Source: Bacteroidales bacterium
GTDB taxonomy: Bacteria > Bacteroidota > Bacteroidia > Bacteroidales > UBA12077
Direction of reading: 5' to 3'
DNA: 64,000 bases
NCBI GenBank assembly: GCA_046482855.1
Contig: JAWOEH010000202.1
Coordinates: 11,098-75,097 of the forward strand
Below the pieces are notes generated by a model, which saw nothing but the letters and a program-made list of their open reading frames with translations, had not been told where the DNA came from and ran no database searches. The translations under genes and the position numbers were made by a program. Shown here piece after piece: positions 18,411 through 26,918 of this stretch. Numbering within the stretch: the first letter of the stretch is position 1; each line of letters begins with the position of its first letter.

Positions 18411-18959
18411 ATGACAGACTACTCAGATAAGGAGCTCATTCAACTTTTTAAAGGCAAAGACACCAAAAACTTTGCCTTTAATATCATTGTACGCAAACAT
18501 CAGGAAAAACTCTACTGGCACATCCGAAAGTTGGTTGTGCATCATGACGATGCTGATGACATTTTGCAAAATACCTTTATCAAGGTTTGGAAGGGACTCG
18601 AGAATTTTCGCGAAGCATCCAAGCTATATACCTGGCTTTATCGTATTGCTACCAATGAAACCCTCACCTTTCTCAAGCAAAAAAAACGAAGATATCTGTT
18701 GTCATTCAACGACTATGAAAACCACTTGCAGGAAACGCTTGCCAGTGACAGCTTTTTTGATGGCGATGAAATTCAACGCAAATTACACATTGCCATAACC
18801 CAATTACCCGACAAGCAACGAATTGTATTCAACCTCAAATATTTCGAGGAGATGAAATATGATCAAATGGCTGAGGTGCTCGACACATCGGTAGGGGCTT
18901 TAAAAGCTTCTTATCACCATGCCGTTAAGAAGATAGAAAAATATCTAAAGGAGAGTTAA
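18411..18959 (+). CDS. ECF-type RNA polymerase sigma-70 factor
   Basis: 182 aa. It has region 2 (DADDILQNTFIKVW...YTWLYRIATN) and region 4 (RIVFNLKYFEEMKYDQMAEVLDTSVGALKASYHHAVKKI). Confidence 0.9.
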   Translation: MTDYSDKELIQLFKGKDTKNFAFNIIVRKHQEKLYWHIRKLVVHHDDADDILQNTFIKVWKGLENFREASKLYTWLYRIATNETLTFLKQKKRRYLLSFNDYENHLQETLASDSFFDGDEIQRKLHIAITQLPDKQRIVFNLKYFEEMKYDQMAEVLDTSVGALKASYHHAVKKIEKYLKES

Positions 18960-18969
18960 ACTATTTATT

Positions 18970-19470
18970 TTGAGCGAAGTCATAGACAGTAGAGAGAAAA
19001 TTAACAGAGAGATGGAAGAATACAGAAAAGACGGGCTTGAGCAATTGCATCAGGGAAACCTAAAAGAGAACCCTTACAAGGTTCCTGAAGGGTACTTTGA
19101 TACCTTCCCCTCGCGATTGCAGGAACACATTCAACAGCAGCAACATGCTTCCTCCCCTTTATGGGAACGCTTTATACACCTGATGAAACCTCAAGTGACC
19201 ATGGCAATAGGAATGCTCATTTTTGCCTTTATTGCAGTTACTGCTGTTCATTATCTGACAAACAACCAGCAACCCAAACATCAACCTCTTCCTGCCGAAT
19301 ATGCAAAAATGATAGAAAATAGCGGTATCGAGTCTTCCGAACAACACTTTATCGATATTTTACTGGAAGAAGAGCAATCGGTACGTCAGGAAAAACTGGA
19401 AAAAGAAGCTTACATCGATTACCTGATGGATGAGGGGATTGATTATGGAACTTTGATGGATGAACTTTAA
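18970..19470 (+). CDS. Putative anti-sigma factor (single-pass membrane protein)
   Basis: It lies immediately downstream of the ECF sigma gene and has one central TM helix (VTMAIGMLIFAFIAVTAV). The ORF starts with TTG, and an alternative ATG lies at 19012. No recognisable catalytic domain. Confidence 0.45.
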   Translation: MSEVIDSREKINREMEEYRKDGLEQLHQGNLKENPYKVPEGYFDTFPSRLQEHIQQQQHASSPLWERFIHLMKPQVTMAIGMLIFAFIAVTAVHYLTNNQQPKHQPLPAEYAKMIENSGIESSEQHFIDILLEEEQSVRQEKLEKEAYIDYLMDEGIDYGTLMDEL

Positions 19471-19951
19471 CATTATGAAAACGACCATGAAAACTTTTCT
19501 TCGCACATTCGTTGCCCTGTTTAGCCTGTTTTTAATCACCAATCAGGTATGGGCACAAGAGGAAAAGGCCGATAGTCGCGGGGAAAAAATTAAAGCACAA
19601 AAAATTGCCTTTTTCACCGAAAAGATCGGATTAACGCCGCAAGAAGCCGAATCGTTTTGGCCTGTATATAATCGGTATTGGCAGCAAAAAAACAAAATAA
19701 CAGCCGCTCGTAAGAAAGATATGTCCTATTTTTCAAACAATGGCGACAGCATGACGAAGAGTGAACTTGAAACCTATGCTCAACGCTATGTGGAATATGA
19801 ATTGAAGTTGGGGCAACTGATTGTCAGCTATCACGAAAAATTCTGCTCCCTTCTGCCCATCGATAAAGTAATGAAACTTTATATGGCCGATTATGAATTC
19901 AAAACATATCTCTTGCACCTGATAAGAGACGGGGGAAAGAAAAAAGAGTAA
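19460..19951 (+). CDS. Secreted helical periplasmic protein of the ECF module (Spy/CpxP-like?)
   Basis: 163 aa with a signal peptide ending VWAQ. It is helical and charged, with an LTPQEAESFW segment. It overlaps the preceding gene by 11 nt. Confidence 0.45.
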   Translation: MNFNIMKTTMKTFLRTFVALFSLFLITNQVWAQEEKADSRGEKIKAQKIAFFTEKIGLTPQEAESFWPVYNRYWQQKNKITAARKKDMSYFSNNGDSMTKSELETYAQRYVEYELKLGQLIVSYHEKFCSLLPIDKVMKLYMADYEFKTYLLHLIRDGGKKKE

Positions 19952-19965
19952 AAACAAGTATGTAC

Positions 19966-19998
19966 TAAAAAAGGAGCGGAAAACCGCTCCTTTTTTTT
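19966..19998. terminator. Bidirectional rho-independent terminator
   Basis: The sequence is aaaaaa-ggagcgg-aaaa-ccgctcc-tttttttt, between convergent genes. The T-run overlaps the hutH stop codon. Confidence 0.75.
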
Positions 19999-21487
19999 AT
20001 AAGGTTGTTTGCTGCATAAAATCAACACTTTTCTGCATCAAATTATACATCGTTTGATCTTTTTCAACAAAAGGAACATGCTTACGAAAGTTCGCAACCA
20101 ACTGTTCAAGGGCGGCAGACGATTTTGCCGGACGACGAAACTCAAGGGCCTGAGCCGCATTGAATAACTCCGTAGCCAATACCCGCTCAACATTCTGTAG
20201 AACCTGATAGAGCTTTGTAGCTGAATTAGCGCCCATGCTCACGTGATCCTCCTGGCCTTGTGACGACTCAATTGAATCAACTGAAGCAGGAGTAGCCAGT
20301 TGCTTATTCTTGCTTACCATACTTGCAGCAGCATATTGAGGGATCATAAAGCCCGAGTTAAGCCCAGGTTTCGCCACAAGAAAACTTGGCAAATCACGCT
20401 TCCCGCTTATCAGCTGATAAATTCGTCGTTCCGAGATGTTCCCCAATTCCGCCATCGCAATAGCCATAAAATCGAGCACTAAAGCCAGCGGTTGTCCATG
20501 GAAATTACCAGCAGAAACAATCACATCCTCATCAGGGAAAATTGTGGGATTATCCGTTACGGCATTCATCTCATCTTCCACAACACCAGTGGCGTGAGTC
20601 AAACTATCTTTTGTGGCACCATGTACCTGAGGGATACAACGAAACGAGTATGGATCCTGCACATGCGCCTTAGGCCGCGCAATTAGCTCGCTATCCTGCA
20701 AGTATTCGCGCATTTTCCGGGCGGTTTCAATTTGCCCCTTATGATGTCGTACCTGATGAACGCTATCGTAAAAAGGATCGATGCGTCCATCATAAGCATC
20801 CAATGACAAGGCACCGATCAAGTCGGCCCAGCGAATCAATTGTTCTCCTTTCAGCACACTCCATGCAGCGTAAGCTCCCATAAACTGCGTGCCATTCAAC
20901 AAGGCAAGTCCCTCTTTCGACATCAACTCGATGGGCAGAAAATTCATTTGCTCATTCATCTCTGCACCACTCATGCGCTTTCCTTTCCAACTAACCTCTC
21001 CCAAATTTATCAGAGGAAGCGATAAATGCGCTAAGGGGGCCAAATCGCCACTGGCGCCCAATGACCCCGATTGGTATACAACAGGCAATATATCTTCGTT
21101 AAAAAAGGCTATCAGACGCTCTACTGTAGCCAATTGTACTCCCGAGTGACCATAAGATAAGGACTGAATCTTTAACAATAGCATCAAGCGTACCACTTCA
21201 GCAGGCACTTCATCACCCATACCACAGGCGTGCGACATAACCAGATTCTTTTGTAAGGTCCCCAAATCCTCCTTTGAGATTGAGGTATTACACAAAGAAC
21301 CGAATCCTGTATTAATACCATAAATTGGATGCTCATTGTTGGTCATCTTTTTATCCAAATAATTGCGGCAGGTCAATATTTTCTCCTTCGCCTCATCGCT
21401 TAATGCCAACTCATATTCTTCTGAAATAATTTCGCTCACCCGTGCAAACGAAAGATGCTGACTTGATATATAATGTACTTTTCCCAT
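19997..21487 (-). CDS. hutH: Histidine ammonia-lyase
   Basis: 496 aa. It has the MIO-forming Ala-Ser-Gly triad in the GSLGASGDLAPLAHL context and is of HAL length. Confidence 0.9.
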   Translation of the reverse strand: MGKVHYISSQHLSFARVSEIISEEYELALSDEAKEKILTCRNYLDKKMTNNEHPIYGINTGFGSLCNTSISKEDLGTLQKNLVMSHACGMGDEVPAEVVRLMLLLKIQSLSYGHSGVQLATVERLIAFFNEDILPVVYQSGSLGASGDLAPLAHLSLPLINLGEVSWKGKRMSGAEMNEQMNFLPIELMSKEGLALLNGTQFMGAYAAWSVLKGEQLIRWADLIGALSLDAYDGRIDPFYDSVHQVRHHKGQIETARKMREYLQDSELIARPKAHVQDPYSFRCIPQVHGATKDSLTHATGVVEDEMNAVTDNPTIFPDEDVIVSAGNFHGQPLALVLDFMAIAMAELGNISERRIYQLISGKRDLPSFLVAKPGLNSGFMIPQYAAASMVSKNKQLATPASVDSIESSQGQEDHVSMGANSATKLYQVLQNVERVLATELFNAAQALEFRRPAKSSAALEQLVANFRKHVPFVEKDQTMYNLMQKSVDFMQQTTL

Positions 21488-21621
21488 ATGTATAATTATT
21501 TAAGTATTCAAAAAAAAATATTGATACCAGGTATACATCAAGGGAACCGAATATCACTCCCGGCAACCAGCACCGGGCGCAATCGTCGATAAGTTGCTAA
21601 TAATGTTATAAAATAGCCCAT

Positions 21622-22992
21622 TTACATGTTTTTTAAACTTTGAATCAATGGTTCAAAAGCTATTTTCTGCTGTTCTCCGGTAGTCATATTTTTCACGGAA
21701 AGATCGCCTGTATTCATCTCTTCTTCTCCCACTATTACCACATAGGGAATGGCTTTCGCGTTGGCATAGCTCATCTGTTTCTTCATTTTTGCAGCTTTCG
21801 GATAAAGTTCGCTATTAATGCCTTCTTTCCTCAACCTTTGAATCAAAGGGAGAATATATTGCGCCTCATCTTTCCCAAAATTAACGAATAACACTTTTGT
21901 TGAAGCGATAATCTCAGAGGGGAAACGCTCTAAAGCGTCCATAACATCATAAATCCTGTCGGCTCCAAAGGAAACACCAACGCCACTTACATCCTTTAAC
22001 CCAAAAATACCGGTTAAGTCGTCGTAACGACCACCTCCACAAATGCTGCCCATTTCCGTTTCCAGGGCTTTTACTTCAAAAATGGCTCCGGTATAATAGT
22101 TTAAGCCTCGTGCCAGAGTCAGATCCAGTTCAATACGGCATTGCAAGTCCAACACCTCAAGGTAGTCAAGCATTTCTTCAAGTTCTTGTACCCCTTTCAG
22201 CCCGGCTTCACTAGTTGCAAGAAGATTTTTCAAATAGCGAACGGATTCATCAATAGTGCCTGAAAAAGCCAAAATCGGCTGTAATTTCTCAAGCGCTTCG
22301 GCAGAGAAATCCTGACTCCCTAATTCTTCAAGAACCTTATCTACACCAATTTTATCTAATTTATCAATGGCCACAGTAAGCGCCATAAATTTATCTGCAG
22401 CACCAATGTACTCAGCAATCCCCTCCAGTACCTTTCGGTTGTTAACCTTTACGGCAACTCTCAGGTCCAATGCTTGAAAAACCTCATCAATAATCTGAAT
22501 AAGCTCAACCTCATTCAACAGCCCATCGCTTCCAATAACATCTACATCGCACTGATAAAATTCTCGATAACGTCCTTTCTGAGGCTTATCGGCTCGCCAA
22601 ACCGGTTGAATCTGGTAGCGCTTAAACGGAAAAGTGAGTGCATGCTGATGTTGTACAACGTAACGCGCAAAAGGAACCGTTAAATCATAGCGTAATCCCT
22701 TCTCGGCAATTTGAGAAGTAACAGCTGTTGTCGACGCATCTTGAAGGGCTGCTTGATCAACTTTCGATAAGTAATCGCCTGAATTCAGCACCTTAAATAA
22801 TAATTTATCGCCCTCGTCGCCATATTTGCCCAAAAGTGTAGACAACTTTTCCATGGCGGGTGTTTCAATGGGTGTATACCCGTATCGCTGAAATATATGT
22901 TGAATCGTCTCGAAAATGTAATTTCGCTTCACCATCTCTTGTGGCGAAAAATCTCGCATACCTTTCGGGGTTCCGGGCTTATTTGCGGCCAT
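21622..22992 (-). CDS. hisS: Histidine--tRNA ligase
   Basis: It has class II aaRS motifs (GMRDF, FRYERPQ-like [30 protein letters not shown]) and a C-terminal anticodon-binding domain. I prefer the ATG at 22992 because the upstream TTG overlaps a -7 box. Confidence 0.95.
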   Translation of the reverse strand: MAANKPGTPKGMRDFSPQEMVKRNYIFETIQHIFQRYGYTPIETPAMEKLSTLLGKYGDEGDKLLFKVLNSGDYLSKVDQAALQDASTTAVTSQIAEKGLRYDLTVPFARYVVQHQHALTFPFKRYQIQPVWRADKPQKGRYREFYQCDVDVIGSDGLLNEVELIQIIDEVFQALDLRVAVKVNNRKVLEGIAEYIGAADKFMALTVAIDKLDKIGVDKVLEELGSQDFSAEALEKLQPILAFSGTIDESVRYLKNLLATSEAGLKGVQELEEMLDYLEVLDLQCRIELDLTLARGLNYYTGAIFEVKALETEMGSICGGGRYDDLTGIFGLKDVSGVGVSFGADRIYDVMDALERFPSEIIASTKVLFVNFGKDEAQYILPLIQRLRKEGINSELYPKAAKMKKQMSYANAKAIPYVVIVGEEEMNTGDLSVKNMTTGEQQKIAFEPLIQSLKNM

Positions 22993-23016
22993 AATTTGAG
23001 CGTTTTTTGTTTCGTG

Positions 23017-23024
23017 CAAAGATA
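23017..23024 (-). promoter_or_regulatory. Putative -7 box (TATCTTTG) for hisS
   Basis: The minus strand reads TATCTTTG 25 nt upstream of the ATG at 22992. Confidence 0.35.
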
Positions 23025-23054
23025 GAAATAAAATCAGAACCCCATAACCAACAA

Positions 23055-23080
23055 GGGCTGATGCGTATATACATCAGCCC
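23055..23080 (-). terminator. Putative terminator hairpin upstream of the hisS promoter
   Basis: A 9-bp GC-rich stem gggctgatg/catcagccc with an 8-nt loop. On the minus strand it is followed by TTGTTGGTT. Confidence 0.4.
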
Positions 23081-23189
23081 CTATTTTATATGGGTGGGTT
23101 TCTCACTATTTCTTCCAGTCAATAATTTATGGCTCCTCCATCCTATCGAGAAAGGACTTCACCTGAACAACTGTTTAGGTGAATGAATC

Positions 23190-23225
23190 AACATGTTCAA
23201 CTATCAAATGATAGCTGAACATGTT
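23190..23225. repeat. 36-nt inverted repeat with 16-nt arms and a 4-nt loop
   Basis: aacatgttcaactatc-aaat-gatagctgaacatgtt. The one non-complementary position gives a G-U pair on the minus-strand RNA. Each end is itself the palindrome AACATGTT. It lies 10 nt beyond the stop of the 23236..24087 gene. Confidence 0.8.
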
Positions 23226-23235
23226 CTATGTGCCG

Positions 23236-24087
23236 TTATCTGGCCATTTTTTTAAGATCTTTTTCCAGCAGACCATCGGGACGCTTACCACGCACAATAT
23301 TATGTATATCAAAATAGTAAAATTTGGCATCCTCGGCCCCGATAATAATTTTGTAACAACGCGCTTTCAGCCGAGTGCCATAGGGCCCCACTTTATGCAG
23401 AAACACGGCATTTTCCTCCCGGTTTTCAATGACCTCTTCAATCTCTTCCCGGCTGGCTAATTTTACACGATAAGGATAAACATCCTGAATTTTGGCCAAT
23501 GTATTTATGCTCTCCTCCAACTCATCCTGTACCAAATAGAGCGTTTTACTCTTAATATTTTTAATATTATCTTTATAATACTTAAATAAATCTTCGTCTA
23601 CCAAGTCGGGGTTTTTCTTAAGAGTAAGCATATGATTTTGAAGAAAGCGAATCAGGGTTTCCAGCTTGTACACCCAATATTCTTCATCCACTTCGGTATA
23701 GCTCAGAGGAACGGCAACCAGGTCGGTCATATCTTCCCACTTATAAGTTTTATCCCCTAACATAAGGTTTAGAAAGTTATAACGCGTTTTTGTTTTATCT
23801 TTATCAAACACCACCTGTGTCATCATAAGAAAAGCGTTATTCGGATCACGACGTAAACTCTCAAATTCGGTATGCGGAATAAACTCATACTCGCTAATAG
23901 TCCAATTATCTTTAATGGCTTGCTTTAATTTAAAGTTGTAACTGGAGATGGGATTATTCTCCAACACAACATAAGTTTTTTGCGTATTAAAAAAACGGGT
24001 TACGTCGGCAGGTGTCGCTTCATGCTTTTGAGCGACCACTGAACTCGTAAGAAAAATAGCTAAAAGTATTGGCACAATTCGTTTCAT
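23236..24087 (-). CDS. Hypothetical secreted protein
   Basis: 283-aa ORF with a signal peptide (ILLAIFLTSSVVAQ). I recognise no motif. Confidence 0.6.
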   Translation of the reverse strand: MKRIVPILLAIFLTSSVVAQKHEATPADVTRFFNTQKTYVVLENNPISSYNFKLKQAIKDNWTISEYEFIPHTEFESLRRDPNNAFLMMTQVVFDKDKTKTRYNFLNLMLGDKTYKWEDMTDLVAVPLSYTEVDEEYWVYKLETLIRFLQNHMLTLKKNPDLVDEDLFKYYKDNIKNIKSKTLYLVQDELEESINTLAKIQDVYPYRVKLASREEIEEVIENREENAVFLHKVGPYGTRLKARCYKIIIGAEDAKFYYFDIHNIVRGKRPDGLLEKDLKKMAR

Positions 24088-24304
24088 AATGCTATAAGTG
24101 TTTAATGGATATTAACTTCTCTTGCGCTTGTATCGGGAACAAATTTACAAACTTCTTAAGCGATAATCACGTAGAAATAACGAATTCTGGATATAAGAGT
24201 TACATCTGTATGTTTTTTCCTTTTGTCGCTACAATTTCTTACCGGCTAAACTGAAGTATGCCTAATAATTACTAACTTTACGATTAAAAGAAACCAAATA
24301 ACCG

Positions 24305-26053
24305 ATGAGGCAACTATTCGAACGCATTACCAACCATTTTTTATCACCGATACCACCAAATATTTTTGAATCGCGGGAAGATAAATTTATTTTATTTCGT
24401 CTGTTAAGTTATTCAGCCTTTATTATTACGCTGATCTTCTCAGGTATCAGTTTTGCCCAGCAGAATATGCTCATTGGGGGGTTGCTTGTTTTGGCTGCGT
24501 TAGGATTTTTAGTGAATTTATTTATACACAACGCGATAAAGAAAATAAAAAAGGCAACAGCAGGTTTTAATCTAATATTTATTGTATTGCTGCTCACCCT
24601 GTTTCTTTCTGGAGAGTTTAATTCGCAAGGATTGCTTCTGATGGCCTTCCTTCCTGTAAGTTTTGTTTTTACCTTAGAACAAAAACGAGCGATAAACCTC
24701 TCCTTCATTATGTTAGGTATTATTATACTGTGCTTTGCAATACCGGGCACTCCCTCCTTTTTTACTAATTTCAGTAGCAACAGCATCATTCTTTTTTTAC
24801 TCCTGTATATCTTTCTGTTTTTAATGACTGCTACCTATGAGCATATCAAAATAAAAACCTTAAAAAATTACGGACATGCCTTAACCTCAGCTCAGCACGA
24901 AACCCGCGAGAAGAAGGATTTTATTCAGAAGTTAAGTCACCAAATTCGCACTCCTTTAAACAACTTAGTAGTGGTTACCAAGTTGGTAAACACCAAGAAC
25001 ATGGATGAAAAACAACGCGACCTGATTGATACCATCCATGCCTCTACCAACAATCTGGTAAATATCGTGAATAATATTGCGGAGATTTCCGATATTGATA
25101 TTCAGGAAAGCCAGGAAAATAACCAGTTCTTCAACCTCGAGTCAACGCTTAACAGTACCATAAGACTGTTTGCCGACAATAACACCAACCAAATCAGTTT
25201 TCCCATACGCTATGCACAACCTATAGACGTAATGCTGTATGGTGACGCTGTAAAACTTAAGCAGATCTTGCTCAATATAACAGAAGGAATATTGAAGTCC
25301 TCAAAGAGCGGAGAAAAGGTGATTCAAATAAATGTTAATAGCTCCTACACCGAAAAGGACACAATCTATATCTCTTTTGAATTAGTTACCCAAAACCTGA
25401 TACATTTACCCGATGTAGAGCTGCTTGAAGGGGATAGTGCAAAAAAGATATCAGAAAAAGAGCGAAAAATTATGCATGCCCTCGATCTGCATATTGCCCG
25501 ACGCATAATTAAATCCTTAGGCGGTGATTTTTACCTACATTATAGCCCTAATGAGTTCATTTGCGGTTTTTCTCTTCAATACGTCACCGGAAAAGAAACG
25601 ACACCAGAATCCGAGAGCAAGGTTAACACATTTGCCCCCTTACATAGCAAGCAAGAGGGCACAGGCATCAGTATTGAACAGGCCAATGTGTTACTTGTTG
25701 AAGACAACCCCATAAACCAGAAAATCGTACTTTTAAGCTTAAAGAAACTGGTGAAAAATGTAGATGTAGCAAACAATGGGAAAGAGGCATTAGACAAATT
25801 CGGCTCCATAAAATATGATATTATTCTTATGGATATTCAAATGCCGGTGATGAACGGAATTGTCACCACACAAAAAATAAGAAGTATTGAAAAGAGTACC
25901 AATTCCCACACCCCCATTATTGCCATCACTGCAAATGCCTTACTGGGCGATAAAGAAGAATGCCTGGCTGCAGGGATGGACGATTACATAAGCAAGCCCT
26001 TCCAAATTGAAACCCTTGTGGGAAAAATGGAAAACCAACTTGCAAAAGCTTAA
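24305..26053 (+). CDS. Hybrid sensor histidine kinase / response regulator (polytopic N-terminus, HisKA, degenerate HATPase, receiver)
   Basis: 582 aa with about 6 TM helices and the H-box LSHQIRTPLNN. The C-terminal receiver has VLLVEDNPINQ, ILMDIQMP, AITA and SKP. The N, G1 and G2 boxes are not recognisable. Confidence 0.85.
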   Translation: MRQLFERITNHFLSPIPPNIFESREDKFILFRLLSYSAFIITLIFSGISFAQQNMLIGGLLVLAALGFLVNLFIHNAIKKIKKATAGFNLIFIVLLLTLFLSGEFNSQGLLLMAFLPVSFVFTLEQKRAINLSFIMLGIIILCFAIPGTPSFFTNFSSNSIILFLLLYIFLFLMTATYEHIKIKTLKNYGHALTSAQHETREKKDFIQKLSHQIRTPLNNLVVVTKLVNTKNMDEKQRDLIDTIHASTNNLVNIVNNIAEISDIDIQESQENNQFFNLESTLNSTIRLFADNNTNQISFPIRYAQPIDVMLYGDAVKLKQILLNITEGILKSSKSGEKVIQINVNSSYTEKDTIYISFELVTQNLIHLPDVELLEGDSAKKISEKERKIMHALDLHIARRIIKSLGGDFYLHYSPNEFICGFSLQYVTGKETTPESESKVNTFAPLHSKQEGTGISIEQANVLLVEDNPINQKIVLLSLKKLVKNVDVANNGKEALDKFGSIKYDIILMDIQMPVMNGIVTTQKIRSIEKSTNSHTPIIAITANALLGDKEECLAAGMDDYISKPFQIETLVGKMENQLAKA

Positions 26054-26367
26054 GCTCCAACACGAAGCAGGACAATTGCCGAGAGTACACAAGCGATTCC
26101 CAGCTTTCCTCTAATTGACAAAGGTTGTTTAAGAAAAAAGTGCCCCATTATAGCTGTACCCAAAATTCCAATAGCTCCCCATGATGCATAGGCTATGGCC
26201 AAATTCATGTACTGAATTGCTCGCTCCAGGAAAAAGAAAGCGGCTGCCACGCATATCAAAGCCCCAATTCCCGGTAAGGGTTTCCTAAACCCATGCGACA
26301 TGGCTATTAAGCGATTCGCAAAAATATCCAAAACAGCAGCTAATATCACATATAGTATTTCTCTCAT
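26050..26367 (-). CDS. SMR-family small membrane transporter, second subunit of a pair (Asp at the EmrE Glu14 position)
   Basis: 105 aa with 4 TM segments. It reads AAVLDIFANRL where EmrE reads ILAEVIGTTL, and has the AYASWGAIG motif. Confidence 0.8.
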   Translation of the reverse strand: MREILYVILAAVLDIFANRLIAMSHGFRKPLPGIGALICVAAAFFFLERAIQYMNLAIAYASWGAIGILGTAIMGHFFLKQPLSIRGKLGIACVLSAIVLLRVGA

Positions 26368-26372
26368 TTTCC

Positions 26373-26690
26373 CTAAGCATCAAAGTTAATCAATAGGATT
26401 CCTACAGCTGCCAGCACAATTCCTCCTATTTGGAGTAAGGATAAGTGTTCGTCAAACAAAAAATAAGAGACAACAGAAATAAGCAGCAAACCAGCGCCTT
26501 CCCAACTGGCAAAGGCTACTGCTATGGGAATTTTCTTAACCGCTCCTGATAAGAGGATATAGGAAAGAATAATTAACAGGTAAAATATCCACTGATGGGA
26601 GGAATCCTGAAGTTGATTCCATTTCATAAATAAGGAACCCGCCACTTCACTAAAAATAGCAAGTGAAAGGAAAAACCATGCCTTGCGCAT
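26373..26690 (-). CDS. SMR-family small membrane transporter, first subunit of a pair (Glu retained)
   Basis: 105 aa with 4 TM segments. It has the LAIFSEVAGSLFMKW and AFASWEGAG motifs, as in EmrE/SugE. Confidence 0.8.
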   Translation of the reverse strand: MRKAWFFLSLAIFSEVAGSLFMKWNQLQDSSHQWIFYLLIILSYILLSGAVKKIPIAVAFASWEGAGLLLISVVSYFLFDEHLSLLQIGGIVLAAVGILLINFDA

Positions 26691-26821
26691 ATAAATATCA
26701 TTTGTTATATAAATACAGAAATATCAACCACCCTCCTGTACAGGATCAGGCCTGATATCTCCTCATAGATGGTATTTTATAAAAATGATATAATGCTTAT
26801 ACATGTCGCTCAATTTGAAGG

Positions 26822-26829
26822 CAAATATA
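26822..26829 (-). promoter_or_regulatory. Putative -7 box (TATATTTG) for the SMR pair
   Basis: The minus strand reads TATATTTG about 130 nt upstream of the first SMR ATG. This implies a long leader. Confidence 0.3.
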
Positions 26830-26854
26830 GGACATTGGGACGCAAAAAAAAATG

Positions 26855-26893
26855 CCTTAAAACAGGAATGGGAGAACAATTCGGTTCTCCCAT
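26855..26893 (-). terminator. Putative rho-independent terminator after the lipoprotein gene
   Basis: A 10-bp stem atgggagaac/gttctcccat with a 6-nt loop. On the minus strand it is followed by TCCTGTTTT. Confidence 0.5.
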
Positions 26894-26918
26894 CAGAAAA
26901 TTTAAATTCTTTTCAGCC

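Noticed and set aside
22993-23235. T-box or His-attenuator leader upstream of hisS
   Set aside because: The candidate -7 box is only 25 nt from the ATG. The two hairpins lie upstream of it and look like 3' elements of the preceding gene. There is no specifier-loop/T-box sequence and no His-rich leader peptide.
26691-26830. Guanidine (ykkC, mini-ykkC, ykkC-III) riboswitch in the SMR leader
   Set aside because: There are no paired hairpins with ACGR loops and no GGGA/ACGG-type conserved blocks. The palindromes present cannot form loops. A covariance-model scan would be decisive.
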